A stretch of 64,000 bases of DNA from Massilia sp. S19_KUP03_FR1 (GCF_036688685.1 NZ_JAQQPS010000007.1:2013-66012), one strand, 5' to 3'; shown: positions 18,181 to 28,040, counted from the stretch's first letter. Translations and numbers: made by a program. The notes: a model not told the origin generated them from the sequence alone.

Positions 18181-20456
18181 CGCTGCGCCGCGTCGGCATG
18201 GTCGCCGTCGCCGCCTCTGCGCTCGCGTTTCTATGCGCGCTGCAGCTGGTGGCGCTGCTGCGCGCGCCGCCAGCGTTCTATCCAGCCACCATCGAGGTGC
18301 CGCTGCGCGCAGGCGCATCCATCGTCCTCGGCCAGCAGGAACTGGCGGCCCCGGACGCCGAGAGCCGCCACCTGGCCGTGCGGCGCGACGCGTCCGGCGC
18401 CTGGCTGGTCCGCAACGTCAGCGCCGTTTCCGCACTGCGCCTGCTGCGCGGCCGCGCTGAACAGCGCACGGGCGCCACGGCGCTCAGGCAGGGGCAGACA
18501 TTCCAGCTCGGCGCCACCATCTTCAGTGTCGATGGCGCAGGTAGCAGTGACCTCGCCTTCAGCGCAGCCGGCCAGCACTGGCGCTACGACGGCGCCACAC
18601 TCTGGCGTGGCGGCGCGGCGCAGCCCCCCTGTCCTGATAGCCGCTTCGGCGCGCGCGCCCTCGCCGCGTGGAACCGCCTGGCGCCGGTAGCGCTGACGCT
18701 GGCCCGCCCGCTGGTCTTTGGCGGCAACCTCCACTGCGGCAATCGCCTCGGGCTGGGCGGAATCGACGGCGGTGCCGCGCTGGCCAGCCGGGCAGAACAC
18801 GGCATCGTGCTGGCCAGCGCCGTGCAAGCCGCGCTGCTGGTCGACGGCGCGCTACTGGCTGAGACCGAATACAGCCTGGCCGGCGTGACCGGGCTGCTTG
18901 CCGGCCGCACCCGCCTGAGCGTTGCCATCGACGGCGACAGCTTGCACCTGCGTCCGCTCAGTCACGTGGCGCTGTTCATGGCGCCGCAGGCCGAGCTGCC
19001 GGCGCCGCTCGCGTGGCGCTGGCAGCAGCGCGCCGCGTGGGCGCTGCCGCCAGCGGCCGTGGGGCCGGCGGCCTTGCTGTTGCTCGGTGCCCTGGGCGCG
19101 GCAATCTTCAAGGCGCTCGGCGGCAGCGCGGCCTGGACCTGGCGCGTGGCCGGCCTGCTGATCGCCGCCGCCGGTAGCGTCGCGCTCTTTTTGCAGCGCG
19201 CCGGCTACGCGCCCGGCATCGGCATTTCCCTGCTGCTGGCCTGGGCGGCGCTGTGGTATCTGCTGCTCGCGCCTGGCAAACTGCATTTGGTGACGGCTGC
19301 CGCCGTGCTGCTGCTGGCGCTCGGCCTGCTGGCGCAACTGGAACTGGGGCTGGGTGGCGCCGAGTCGTCCTGGCTGCGCCATGTGCAAAAGACCGCGTGC
19401 CTGCTGGCCATCGGCGCCGGTCTCGGTGTGCAACCGCGCCTGTTCCGTCAAGCGCAACGGATGTCGCAGGCGCACCTCGAGTGGCTGCTGGTCGTGCTGG
19501 CCACCATGGCACTCGCGGCACTCCTGCTGCAAGTCGTGTTCGGCGACGAAACCGGTGTGTTCGACATCCAGCCGGTGGAATTCGCCAAGCTGGCCCTGAC
19601 CGCGCTGACCGCCCATTGCCTGGCGCTGGGCATGGGCACGCAAGCGGCGCCCGGCGGCATCCACCGCTGGTTGCGCCTGGGCGCGCCGGCGCTGCTGTTC
19701 ATGGTGCTGCTGGCGCTGGCGCTGGTCGAGGTCGATGATTTTTCGCCCCTGATCCTCCTGCTGGTGTGGAGCACGGCGATGGCCCTGGCCTACGCGCTGG
19801 CCAGCCGCAATGTGGGCCTGGCAGCGCTGGTGGGCGCAGCTGCGTTGATGTGCGTGGGCGGGGTAGCGATGCTGCACAGCGCCGCGCCGCAGCAGGTCGC
19901 CAACTGGCAGTTTTACGGCGACCGTTTCCTGGTCTGGCTCGATCCGGCCACGCACCCGCACACCGGCCAGCAGATGCTCGCCGGCGCACGCGCGATTGGC
20001 GCCGGTGGCTGGTGGGGCAGCGACGGCTTGCTCGGTTTCACCTCGCTGGGCCAGCACGCCGGCGCCGCCATGCGCATCGCGGCCGTGCAGGACGATTTCG
20101 CGCCGGCGTTTTTCCTGAACCGCCATGGCCTGGCCGCGGCGCTCGCGCTGTGGCTCCTGCAAGCCCTGTTCATCGGCGCGCTGCTGCAGGTTGCCGCGCG
20201 CGCGTGGGCGGCCAGCGTGGCCGCGCGCGACTTCCGCCGGGCATCCGTCAACAGGTTCTTCTGCTTTGCCCTGTGCGGCGGCGCCGCCTTCATTCTGGGC
20301 CACCTGCTGCTGTCGTGGGGAACCAACCTGGCCATCTTCCCCATCATGGGCCAGCCGATGTCCTTCCTGTCGGCGGGCGGCTCGCACCTGCTGTTTTTCA
20401 TTTGCCCCCTGCTAGCGGTGGCTAGCTTCAGCGCGCAATCATTCGAGGAGAATTAA
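18177..20456 (+). CDS. FHA-like N-terminal domain fused to SEDS-family (FtsW/RodA/SpoVE) polytopic membrane protein
   Basis: C-terminal region matches SEDS conserved blocks (GAGGWWGSDGLLG...QDDFAPAFF, PIMGQPMSFLSAGGSHLLF). About 10 TM segments. The N-terminal 130 aa is FHA-like. Confidence 0.8.
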   Translation: MTLRRVGMVAVAASALAFLCALQLVALLRAPPAFYPATIEVPLRAGASIVLGQQELAAPDAESRHLAVRRDASGAWLVRNVSAVSALRLLRGRAEQRTGATALRQGQTFQLGATIFSVDGAGSSDLAFSAAGQHWRYDGATLWRGGAAQPPCPDSRFGARALAAWNRLAPVALTLARPLVFGGNLHCGNRLGLGGIDGGAALASRAEHGIVLASAVQAALLVDGALLAETEYSLAGVTGLLAGRTRLSVAIDGDSLHLRPLSHVALFMAPQAELPAPLAWRWQQRAAWALPPAAVGPAALLLLGALGAAIFKALGGSAAWTWRVAGLLIAAAGSVALFLQRAGYAPGIGISLLLAWAALWYLLLAPGKLHLVTAAAVLLLALGLLAQLELGLGGAESSWLRHVQKTACLLAIGAGLGVQPRLFRQAQRMSQAHLEWLLVVLATMALAALLLQVVFGDETGVFDIQPVEFAKLALTALTAHCLALGMGTQAAPGGIHRWLRLGAPALLFMVLLALALVEVDDFSPLILLLVWSTAMALAYALASRNVGLAALVGAAALMCVGGVAMLHSAAPQQVANWQFYGDRFLVWLDPATHPHTGQQMLAGARAIGAGGWWGSDGLLGFTSLGQHAGAAMRIAAVQDDFAPAFFLNRHGLAAALALWLLQALFIGALLQVAARAWAASVAARDFRRASVNRFFCFALCGGAAFILGHLLLSWGTNLAIFPIMGQPMSFLSAGGSHLLFFICPLLAVASFSAQSFEEN

Positions 20457-20458
20457 TC

Positions 20459-21958
20459 ATGCCGGTGTATGTTCAACACGAGATCCTGGGAAAAATCAGC
20501 GATGTCTTCAATGCCGATGCCTTGTGGCAGGCGCCCGGCATGTCCCTGTTTGCACGCCAGCCGCTGCTGCGCGACCTGCTCGAGCGCTCGCCCCGTGAAC
20601 AGCGCGGGCGCGACCCCACCCGCTGCTTCGCGCACGTCACCCTGATGCTGCCGCAGGAAGACGTCGACGACGACCGCCACCTCACGCGCGGTGCGCGTGT
20701 GCGCGACCTGGCCGATTCACTGGCGGCCCTGCACCAGAAGGATTTCGGCGACCTGCTCAAGGGCGATGAGGTGCGCTACGACGTGGTCGGCGCAGAAGCC
20801 CTGGAACCAGGCCAGGTGCACGTCAAATTTGGCCACGCCGTCTACCTGCCCGCGCCCGCCGAAAAGCCGCTATATATGGTCACCGCCTCCACCGACTCGG
20901 CCATCTGGAAAGCCGTCTGCCCGGTGTATCCGCACCAGCGCCTGGCCCTGCTCGGGCCGGATGCGGACGGCGCCAGCCACGCGGTCGCCGACTGGCCGTT
21001 CGGCCTTGATGCCGCGATCCTGCTGATCAACGACGGGCCGGACGGCCAGCTGGAAGTGCAGGTGCGCCCGAAGGATGGCTACGAATGCCAGTTCGATCCG
21101 CTCAGCGGCTATTACACGGTCAAGGCCAGGGGTGCGCCAACAAGGCTGCTGCTGAAGGTGACGCGCACGGCGCCGCGACCGCCAGCGGTGCAGCCGGCGG
21201 CCGCGCCGGCAAAGCCACCCGGCGTCTGGAAAACGCGTGCGCTTGAACCGGCCGAGCAGACCGCGGTGCCGCTGGCACGGGTGCTGGGCGCGCCGAAACT
21301 CGACGAAGCGACCTATGCCCCGATCGCGCAACAGCGGGTCAGCCTGGCGGCGCTGGCACTGCCGCGCCTGTCGCGCTATCGTGACACCGGCGCGACCACG
21401 CTCAATGTGCGGCTCGACCGCCAGCTAGCGATCACGGCCCTTGATGCCGCGATCACCTTTGCGGTCGACGCCGACGACGCCCTGCACGCGATCACAGCGG
21501 CTGGCCGGCAGCGCATCACGGCGCCGGCCAGCTTCACGCCAGTCGATGCGCGCGTCGTCAAACTCGATTGCGTGGCGCCGGCCATGGCTGACCGCTACAG
21601 CGCGCTGCTGCATTTGCCGAACCCGCCCGCGCTGCCGGTCGCCGGTGGCGCACGCCTGGTGTTCGGGCGTGGCGCGCCGATGCTGGCGAGCCTGCGCGTG
21701 CTGGACGGCGCCGGGGCGCTGCGCTCGGACAGCGACGTCATTGAGAACGCCGACCGCCTGGGCCTGTCGCGCAAGGCGTTCAGTTTCGAAGTTGTCGAGG
21801 GCGGCTATCAGGTGACGCGCCTGTCGCCGACCCAGGCCCTGTTCCACCTCGACGCGCAATGTGCTTTCGTCGCCAGCATCGACGACGACCAGCCGTACTT
21901 GCTGCCGCCCGGCCACCACCTGGTCGCCGGCCATTACGTGCTGCGCTTCGACGCTTGA
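20459..21958 (+). CDS. FhaA-like protein (DUF3662-like N-terminal domain plus C-terminal FHA domain)
   Basis: N-terminal RDLAD...GD..V.Y/F pattern as in FhaA. The C-terminal 100 aa has FHA hallmarks (GR....DRLGLSR...EGGYQV..LS). Confidence 0.6.
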   Translation: MPVYVQHEILGKISDVFNADALWQAPGMSLFARQPLLRDLLERSPREQRGRDPTRCFAHVTLMLPQEDVDDDRHLTRGARVRDLADSLAALHQKDFGDLLKGDEVRYDVVGAEALEPGQVHVKFGHAVYLPAPAEKPLYMVTASTDSAIWKAVCPVYPHQRLALLGPDADGASHAVADWPFGLDAAILLINDGPDGQLEVQVRPKDGYECQFDPLSGYYTVKARGAPTRLLLKVTRTAPRPPAVQPAAAPAKPPGVWKTRALEPAEQTAVPLARVLGAPKLDEATYAPIAQQRVSLAALALPRLSRYRDTGATTLNVRLDRQLAITALDAAITFAVDADDALHAITAAGRQRITAPASFTPVDARVVKLDCVAPAMADRYSALLHLPNPPALPVAGGARLVFGRGAPMLASLRVLDGAGALRSDSDVIENADRLGLSRKAFSFEVVEGGYQVTRLSPTQALFHLDAQCAFVASIDDDQPYLLPPGHHLVAGHYVLRFDA

Positions 21959-21963
21959 ACCGC

Positions 21964-22422
21964 ATGTTCTCCGCGCACATTCCAGCGCTCTGGGTCAGCG
22001 CCGCCTGCCTGGCCGGCGCCTTGATCCTGACGCTGATCCTGGCCGCGTTCCTGACGCCGCGCCACTGGTGGCGCCGCGCCAACGCGCGCGCGCTGGCGGT
22101 GCTGGTCGGCGGCACCGCCTTGTTCGGCGCGCTGTTCATGCTGGCCGCGGGCGTCTGGCCACGGCCGGCAACGCCAGTGGCCCTGACTGCCCTGCCCCAG
22201 GTCGTGGTCCCGACCCGCGCCTACCGCGTGTTCGACAACCTGAATTTGCGCGTCGCCAGCGGCACCGGAGCCGCGCGCATCGCGGTCGTCACGAAAGGCA
22301 CCGTGGTCACGACGACCGGTCGTGTCGAGGGTGACTGGTGCGAGGTCACGGCCAGCGTGAACGGGCGCAGCACAACTGGCTGGGCCAGCAGTTTATGGCT
22401 GCGCCGGGGCGACGAACGCTAG
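21964..22422 (+). CDS. Membrane-anchored bacterial SH3 (SH3b) domain protein
   Basis: Two TM helices, then YRVFDNLNLRVASGTGAARIAVVTKGTVVTTTGRVEGDWCEV...GWASSLWL (SH3_3 pattern). Confidence 0.7.
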   Translation: MFSAHIPALWVSAACLAGALILTLILAAFLTPRHWWRRANARALAVLVGGTALFGALFMLAAGVWPRPATPVALTALPQVVVPTRAYRVFDNLNLRVASGTGAARIAVVTKGTVVTTTGRVEGDWCEVTASVNGRSTTGWASSLWLRRGDER

Positions 22423-22445
22423 CGATGGGCGTGCATCCGTGCCAA

Positions 22446-22916
22446 TCACGCGTTGCGCGCGCGGGCGCAGACCATCGGCTGGAACGTCACGCCATTGCGG
22501 CATTGCGCGGCGCCGTCGCAGCGGAAGCCCAGCGCTTCGTAGGCCGGCACGGCATACGGCGATGAATTGACCGTAAAAATCGCGGCTGGCGCCGCTTGCG
22601 CGCAGGCCGCCCGCCACAAGGCGCGCGCCACGCCACGCCGGTGCCAGCGATGATCAACAAACAAGTGAAATACATGGCTGGGCGGCCGCAGTGCGATGTA
22701 GCCGGCCAGCCTACCCTCGATCTCTGCCACGCTGGCAACGTGTCCGCGGTCACGATATGCCCGCAGTGCCGCTTCATCGTTATCACGCAAAAAGGTGGCG
22801 CCCGCTTCCGGTGGCATACCGGGCACGATGAACGCCGTTGCCAGCGTGCGCAGCATGGCGGCCATGGCCGGATAGTCGGCATCCACTGCGGGCCGGATCA
22901 CTATTTTTTTGTCCAT
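22446..22916 (-). CDS. GNAT family N-acetyltransferase
   Basis: Acetyl-CoA-binding motif HRRGVARALW. About 156 aa. Confidence 0.75.
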   Translation of the reverse strand: MDKKIVIRPAVDADYPAMAAMLRTLATAFIVPGMPPEAGATFLRDNDEAALRAYRDRGHVASVAEIEGRLAGYIALRPPSHVFHLFVDHRWHRRGVARALWRAACAQAAPAAIFTVNSSPYAVPAYEALGFRCDGAAQCRNGVTFQPMVCARARNA

Positions 22917-23020
22917 TGTTATTAGGTCACGTTGGGAAAATCACGAAAATCGGCAAGCACAATGTAACAAATAATTGCATTTGTTGACTTGTGACATTAG
23001 TGCCCCGTAGACTTGTTTCC

Positions 23021-24307
23021 ATGCGAAAAGCCAGTCTTACTGCCAGTTTTGCCACCGCCAGCGTCGCCGGCGTTGAGCATGCGCCAGCAGGATTGCCACG
23101 CCTTACCATACCACTGTCGCGCCCGCTACGCCATCCGCGCTACCGGCGCCTGTGGTGCGCCAACCTGGTGTCGAACCTGGGCAGCTGGACCCAAACATTT
23201 GCATCGGCCTGGCTGATCGCCTCGCTGTCACACTCGGCCTCGACCACCACGCTGGTGCAGACCGCCACCTATATTCCCATCTTTCTTTTCGCACTGCTGG
23301 CCGGCGTGGTCGCCGATGGCGTGCACCGTCCCAAATTCCTGTTTTTTTGCAACCTGTTCCAGGCCGCCTGTGCGTGCGTCCTGGCTGCGCTCGTCATTAC
23401 CGGGCACGCCAGCATCGGCCCGGTGCTGGCCGTCACCTTTTGCCTCGGGGTGGGCTCGGCCTTCATGTGGCCGGCCTGGCAGGCAGCACTGTCCGGGCTG
23501 GTGGAGCCGGACGAAGTCGAAGCGGCGGCAACCCTGAACAACCTCAGCTACAACGTCTCGGCCATCCTGGGCCCGGCGCTGGGCGGCATCTTGTTCAGCT
23601 GGATCGGCGCGGGCGCGCTGTTCCTGGTGAACGCGATTTCCTTCGTGGGCTTGCTGTCCGTGTACTGGGCCTGGTGGCGCGAACAGCCGGCCCAGAAGGT
23701 GGTACCGACCCGCTTCATGGCGCGCCTGCGCGACGGCGTGAACCTGGCGCTCGGCTGCGCCCGCTATCGCTGCATCCTGGTCAATGTCTGCACCGTGTTT
23801 TTCGCGACAATTGCCTTCGCCGGCCTGTTGCCGGTATTCGTGCGCGACGTGCTGCACATGAATTCGGGCGTGTTCGGCACGCTGATGGGCAGCCTGGGCG
23901 CAGGGGCCGTCGCGGCCGCCTTTTGCCTGCCGTCGCTGCGCACCCGGGTCGGCAAAACCCGCTTGCTGGTGGGCGCACTGGTGGTCTACGGCATCATGCT
24001 GCTGGGTTTGTCGATGCTGCGCTCGCTGGCGCTGCTGATTCCCCTCATCGTCTGCGGCGGCATGGCCTGGTCGACCATTGTCTCCACTCTCAACGCGGCA
24101 GCACAATTGTCATTTCCGGCGCCAGTGCGGGCGCGCACCTTGTCGATCTACCTGTTCGTCATGGCGGGCGGCTACACGGCCGGCAGCATATTCTGGGGCA
24201 AAATCGCCGATCAGTTCGGCGTCAGCGCCGCGTTTGCCGGCGCCGGCGCCTGCGTTCTGGTGAATGCTGCGATGTTGTTTAAGGGAAAGCGGGAAAATCC
24301 CATCTGA
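23021..24307 (+). CDS. MFS transporter
   Basis: 12 predicted TM helices. MFS signature-like GRR loops. Start uncertain (22991 or 23021). Confidence 0.8.
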   Translation: MRKASLTASFATASVAGVEHAPAGLPRLTIPLSRPLRHPRYRRLWCANLVSNLGSWTQTFASAWLIASLSHSASTTTLVQTATYIPIFLFALLAGVVADGVHRPKFLFFCNLFQAACACVLAALVITGHASIGPVLAVTFCLGVGSAFMWPAWQAALSGLVEPDEVEAAATLNNLSYNVSAILGPALGGILFSWIGAGALFLVNAISFVGLLSVYWAWWREQPAQKVVPTRFMARLRDGVNLALGCARYRCILVNVCTVFFATIAFAGLLPVFVRDVLHMNSGVFGTLMGSLGAGAVAAAFCLPSLRTRVGKTRLLVGALVVYGIMLLGLSMLRSLALLIPLIVCGGMAWSTIVSTLNAAAQLSFPAPVRARTLSIYLFVMAGGYTAGSIFWGKIADQFGVSAAFAGAGACVLVNAAMLFKGKRENPI

Positions 24308-24348
24308 TTCACGCTTTGCTCAGTGCCCATCCGGGGTAAAGTAGCACC

Positions 24349-25311
24349 ATGCCCATCTCCCCGCCTCTTCCGTATCGCATCGACCTTGCCGCCCGCTCCA
24401 GTATTGGCGCCGGTCCCGACGCCCGCGGGGAAAACCAGGATAACTATTTGACCATCGATGCCGACGGCAACGCCTGCTATCTGGTCGGGCAAGTTGCCTG
24501 CCGGCGCCACGTGGCCGGCTGGCCGCGCGGGCACGCGCGCATGGCCGTGCTCGACGGCATGGGTGGCCACGGCCACGGGCGCGAAGCGGCCGAAGCGGTG
24601 GTCGCGGGCCTGTTGTACCTGCCGGCCTGCAGCAGCCTCGCCGTCCTGGAACAGGCGCTCGACGCCATGCATGCCGACCTGCAGCACGCCTTTGCGCGCG
24701 ATGCCGGGCGGCGTCCGGGCACCACCCTGACGCTGCTGGAAATTCCGCCAGGCCAGCAGGCCATGCTCTACCACGTCGGCGATTCGCGCCTGTACGCCGT
24801 GGCGGACAGCACCATTACCCCCTTGACGGTCGACCATGTGCCGGCCACGTCGTTCGCCATGGCTGGCACGCTGGGCGAAGACGACTGGTGGGAGCAAGTA
24901 CACGGTGAACACCGCCCGCAGATTTCCCAGGCATTCATGCTGGGCAACGCGTTCAGCAATCCGGCAAGGTTGGCCGACGCCTTGTTTCCACTGACACCCG
25001 CCAACTTGCCACCGTGGCTGCGCCTGCTGGCCGACCGCCGCGTCCTCGTCCTGCAGCCGCATGTGGCGTATGTGCTGGCCACCGACGGTTTCTGGTCGTG
25101 TCCGCAGGCGCTGAAATGGATGGCGCGCTGGCCGGCGCTGGCGCGGGGCCGCAGCGACGCCAGGGCGATCGTGGCGGCGCTGTTCGACGCACTGGAAAAC
25201 CATCCGCCCGCCGGCCTGCAGCCGGACAATGCCACGGCAGTGGCGCTGCGCCTGCTGCCGGTTGCCGCAGCGGACGAAACGGCGCTGCCGGAACGCCTGG
25301 GCAGCAACTAA
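24349..25311 (+). CDS. PP2C-family Ser/Thr protein phosphatase
   Basis: ENQDN, LDGMGGHGHG, GTTLTLL and VGDSRLY motifs. Confidence 0.85.
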   Translation: MPISPPLPYRIDLAARSSIGAGPDARGENQDNYLTIDADGNACYLVGQVACRRHVAGWPRGHARMAVLDGMGGHGHGREAAEAVVAGLLYLPACSSLAVLEQALDAMHADLQHAFARDAGRRPGTTLTLLEIPPGQQAMLYHVGDSRLYAVADSTITPLTVDHVPATSFAMAGTLGEDDWWEQVHGEHRPQISQAFMLGNAFSNPARLADALFPLTPANLPPWLRLLADRRVLVLQPHVAYVLATDGFWSCPQALKWMARWPALARGRSDARAIVAALFDALENHPPAGLQPDNATAVALRLLPVAAADETALPERLGSN

Positions 25312-25437
25312 CATGCGCAAAAGCAACAATACCAGCGAAACCAGCAAGACAGCGCGCCCGCCACGTGCAAATACAGTTAAGCTGTCTTTGGCTGCACCGT
25401 GCTACCCTGTCCCCTCCCCCGCACTGGCCCGACGTTC

Positions 25438-26958
25438 ATGAACAAGTGTTGCAATCCCGATCATCCGCACTGCACCGTCTGGGTCATGCCCGGCGCGGAC
25501 AGTTGCGTGCACGGGCATGCGCAGCCAGCGGCCGCGGCAATGTCAGCGGCGCCAGCGCCAGTCGCGCTGACGCCGACGCTCGACAATCCTTTTGACATGT
25601 TGACGGCGCTGCGCCAGCGCCGCGACGATGCCCCGGCCGGCATCCATCCGCGCCATCCGGTGGCGCGCCGGCCGCATTTGCGCATCAGCGGTTTCGATCC
25701 GCGCGCAGCCGGCGGGCGCCAGTCGATCAAAATCGACCTGCGTGGTCTGGCGCCCAACACGGCGACCCAGATGCACATGACGCTCGCGTCCGACCTGTTT
25801 GCCCACGGCAGCGAGCGCCACACGTTTGCGCACAGCGTCGACGGTGACTGGCGCCCCGCGTTCGTGGAATTTTCTTCGCGCGGCCTGGAACATGGCCAGT
25901 ACCGCATCGATGTCGAACTGCGCAGCGAAGAACCGGGCGAGCGTGGCCCGCGCGCAGCGCGCACCTGGGTGTGTACGCTGATGATCCTGGTGCCGCGCCT
26001 GGATGCGTCGCTCACCGATATCCACCAGACCTTCCTGGCCACGCACAAAAACGTGCGCGTGATGGCCGACGACGCCGGCATTGCCCGCGTCAACGCGCCG
26101 GGCGGCGCCAGCATGAATATCGACGTCACCGCACGCAATGCCTCGATCGCGCACCTGAATCTCGATACGCCCAGCGGCAAGGTCGACCACAGCATCGGCA
26201 CCATCGCCTGGGACGAAGACCTGATCGAAATCGCTACGCGCCGCAACGAGCCGCATGCGTTCGCGGCCAGCGCCGCCAGCCTGGTCGACGCTGCGCCGGA
26301 CCACGGTGCGCCGCGCCACGTGCGCCTGTTCGCGCTCGATGAATGCATCCTGGGCCGCTGGGAGAGCGCGGCGCCGAAGGCCGACGTGCTGCTGGCCCAC
26401 TACGGTGAGAATGGCCAGGACCAGGCCGGCCTCACGCGCCGCCTGTCGGCCCGCCATGCCGTCATCCGGCGCGGTTCGCGTGGCTATGAAATCGAAGACG
26501 TCTCGCGCTACGGCATCCTGCTCGACGGCGTCTGGCCGGGCAAGCACCAGCCGATTCCGCTGCGCCTGGGCATGCGCATCGAACTGTCGGCCAGCATCAA
26601 GGGCATCGTCGTCATGGAGGTGGGCGCCCTGCTGCCGAACGGCGTCATCCTGCACCGCATCGACCAGGGCGCGGGCGCCGAGTGCCTGTACCTGATGGAT
26701 CCGGAACGCCACCCCGGCTTTCCGGTGCCAGATTATCCATGCGCGCCGCGCGCCTGCGCGATGCCGGTGCTGTTCCACCGCGATGGCGGCTTCTGGCACC
26801 TTGACGCCAACACCGGACGCGAAACATCCCTCGGTCCGGCCACGCTGGTCGACCGCCTGACACGCTTCGGGCGCCACGTGCGCTTTGCGGGCAAGCCCTA
26901 CCCGGAAGACCAGTCGGTGCGCACAACCGAACGCCGGCGCGCACCAGCACACTCGTAA
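25438..26958 (+). CDS. FHA-domain protein (C-terminal FHA)
   Basis: RRLSARHAVIRRGSRGYEIEDVSRYGILLDG has FHA hallmarks. The Cys/His-rich N-terminus is unusual. Confidence 0.65.
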   Translation: MNKCCNPDHPHCTVWVMPGADSCVHGHAQPAAAAMSAAPAPVALTPTLDNPFDMLTALRQRRDDAPAGIHPRHPVARRPHLRISGFDPRAAGGRQSIKIDLRGLAPNTATQMHMTLASDLFAHGSERHTFAHSVDGDWRPAFVEFSSRGLEHGQYRIDVELRSEEPGERGPRAARTWVCTLMILVPRLDASLTDIHQTFLATHKNVRVMADDAGIARVNAPGGASMNIDVTARNASIAHLNLDTPSGKVDHSIGTIAWDEDLIEIATRRNEPHAFAASAASLVDAAPDHGAPRHVRLFALDECILGRWESAAPKADVLLAHYGENGQDQAGLTRRLSARHAVIRRGSRGYEIEDVSRYGILLDGVWPGKHQPIPLRLGMRIELSASIKGIVVMEVGALLPNGVILHRIDQGAGAECLYLMDPERHPGFPVPDYPCAPRACAMPVLFHRDGGFWHLDANTGRETSLGPATLVDRLTRFGRHVRFAGKPYPEDQSVRTTERRRAPAHS

Positions 26959-27188
26959 CACGCGGCGTCGTTCTACAGTATCAGGAACATCAGTATCCAG
27001 CCCAGCAGCAGCACCCCTTGCAGACCGAACACAAGTGCCGGAATTTCCAGTTCTTTGGGGATCTTCATGGCCGCTCCGCTTCTTTGCGCATACCCGTCTT
27101 AGTGTCGCCGCGAGGTGAAAAAGTTCCCGGCACCGTCGCAATGAAGGCAAATAAATCAGCTTGACGTGATATCACCAGGAGATGATAA

Positions 27189-27593
27189 TTGAATCAGCCT
27201 GCGAACTGGAAGGTGTCTTTCCATGATGATTTCGATCCCGAGTTCGACGCGTTTGCAGCCGATGTGCAAGATGAGCTGCTGGCCGCCGCCGCTGCGCTGA
27301 AACGGCTGGGGCCTGCAGCAGACCGGCCGCACGTCGGCACGCTGGACAATCCCAGCCATCCGAACATGAAAGAACTGCGTTTCAAGGCAAACAACGGCGC
27401 GGAAATTTGGCGGGCCGCGTTCGCCTTCGATCCGCAGCGGGAGGCGATCATCCTGGTTGCGGCGGACAAACAGGGCGTCGATGAAACGAAGTTCTACAAG
27501 AATTTGTTGAAGAAGGCTAACAAGCGCTTCGACCAACATTTGGCGAGCCTGGCGGCGCAGGTACAAGCCGGCGGCGGCAAGCAAAAAAAATAG
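27189..27593 (+). CDS. Type II toxin, HigB/RelE-superfamily (Gp49/PF05973-like)
   Basis: WKVSF..F..EFD.F, MKELRF and WRAAFAFDPQREAIILVAADKQG match Gp49-like toxins. AGGAGA SD; TTG start. Lys-rich tail. Confidence 0.6.
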   Translation: MNQPANWKVSFHDDFDPEFDAFAADVQDELLAAAAALKRLGPAADRPHVGTLDNPSHPNMKELRFKANNGAEIWRAAFAFDPQREAIILVAADKQGVDETKFYKNLLKKANKRFDQHLASLAAQVQAGGGKQKK

Positions 27594-27602
27594 GAGAGTG
27601 AC

Positions 27603-28040
27603 ATGGGCAGAAACCTCGACGACATCATCCACAGTTTGCCGGCTGAACGCCAGGCAAAGATTGCCCGCGCGGCCGACCAAAAAGTCGCGGACATGCTGGC
27701 CCATGCCACCACACTCGCCGAATTTCGCAAGGCTGTCGGCAAGACGCAGGCCGAGGTTGCAAGCGAGCTCGGCATCGGGCAGAACGCCGTCTCACAGATG
27801 GAGCAGCGTGCCGACACCTATGTTTCCACGCTGCGACGTTATCTGAAGTCGCTCGGGATGACGCTCGAATTGTCGGTGGTCGACAAGGATGGCGATCGGT
27901 ACGACTTGCCGTATTTCCTTCCCTGGCAGGCAACTGGACTGGAAGTGAATCAACAAGCGGCGTCCTACGCTGCCGAAAAAACATCCAGCGCGGCCACACC
28001 CGCAGTGCGCGCGAATCGGCGCAAGCCCGGCGCAGCATAA
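27603..28040 (+). CDS. XRE-family HTH antitoxin (HigA-like)
   Basis: HTH LAEFRKAVGKTQAEVASELGIGQNAVSQME. It starts 10 nt after the toxin stop and has a good SD. Confidence 0.7.
   Translation: MGRNLDDIIHSLPAERQAKIARAADQKVADMLAHATTLAEFRKAVGKTQAEVASELGIGQNAVSQMEQRADTYVSTLRRYLKSLGMTLELSVVDKDGDRYDLPYFLPWQATGLEVNQQAASYAAEKTSSAATPAVRANRRKPGAA

Noticed and set aside
17611-20387. Minus-strand ORFs 17611..18318 and 18852..20387 opposite the kinase and SEDS genes
   Set aside because: Arg/Gln/Ala-rich with no TM or domain signal. The plus-strand frames carry kinase and SEDS motifs.
25543-27150. 535-aa minus-strand ORF opposite the FHA protein gene
   Set aside because: Same GC-artefact profile. The plus frame contains the FHA motif and a plausible start.
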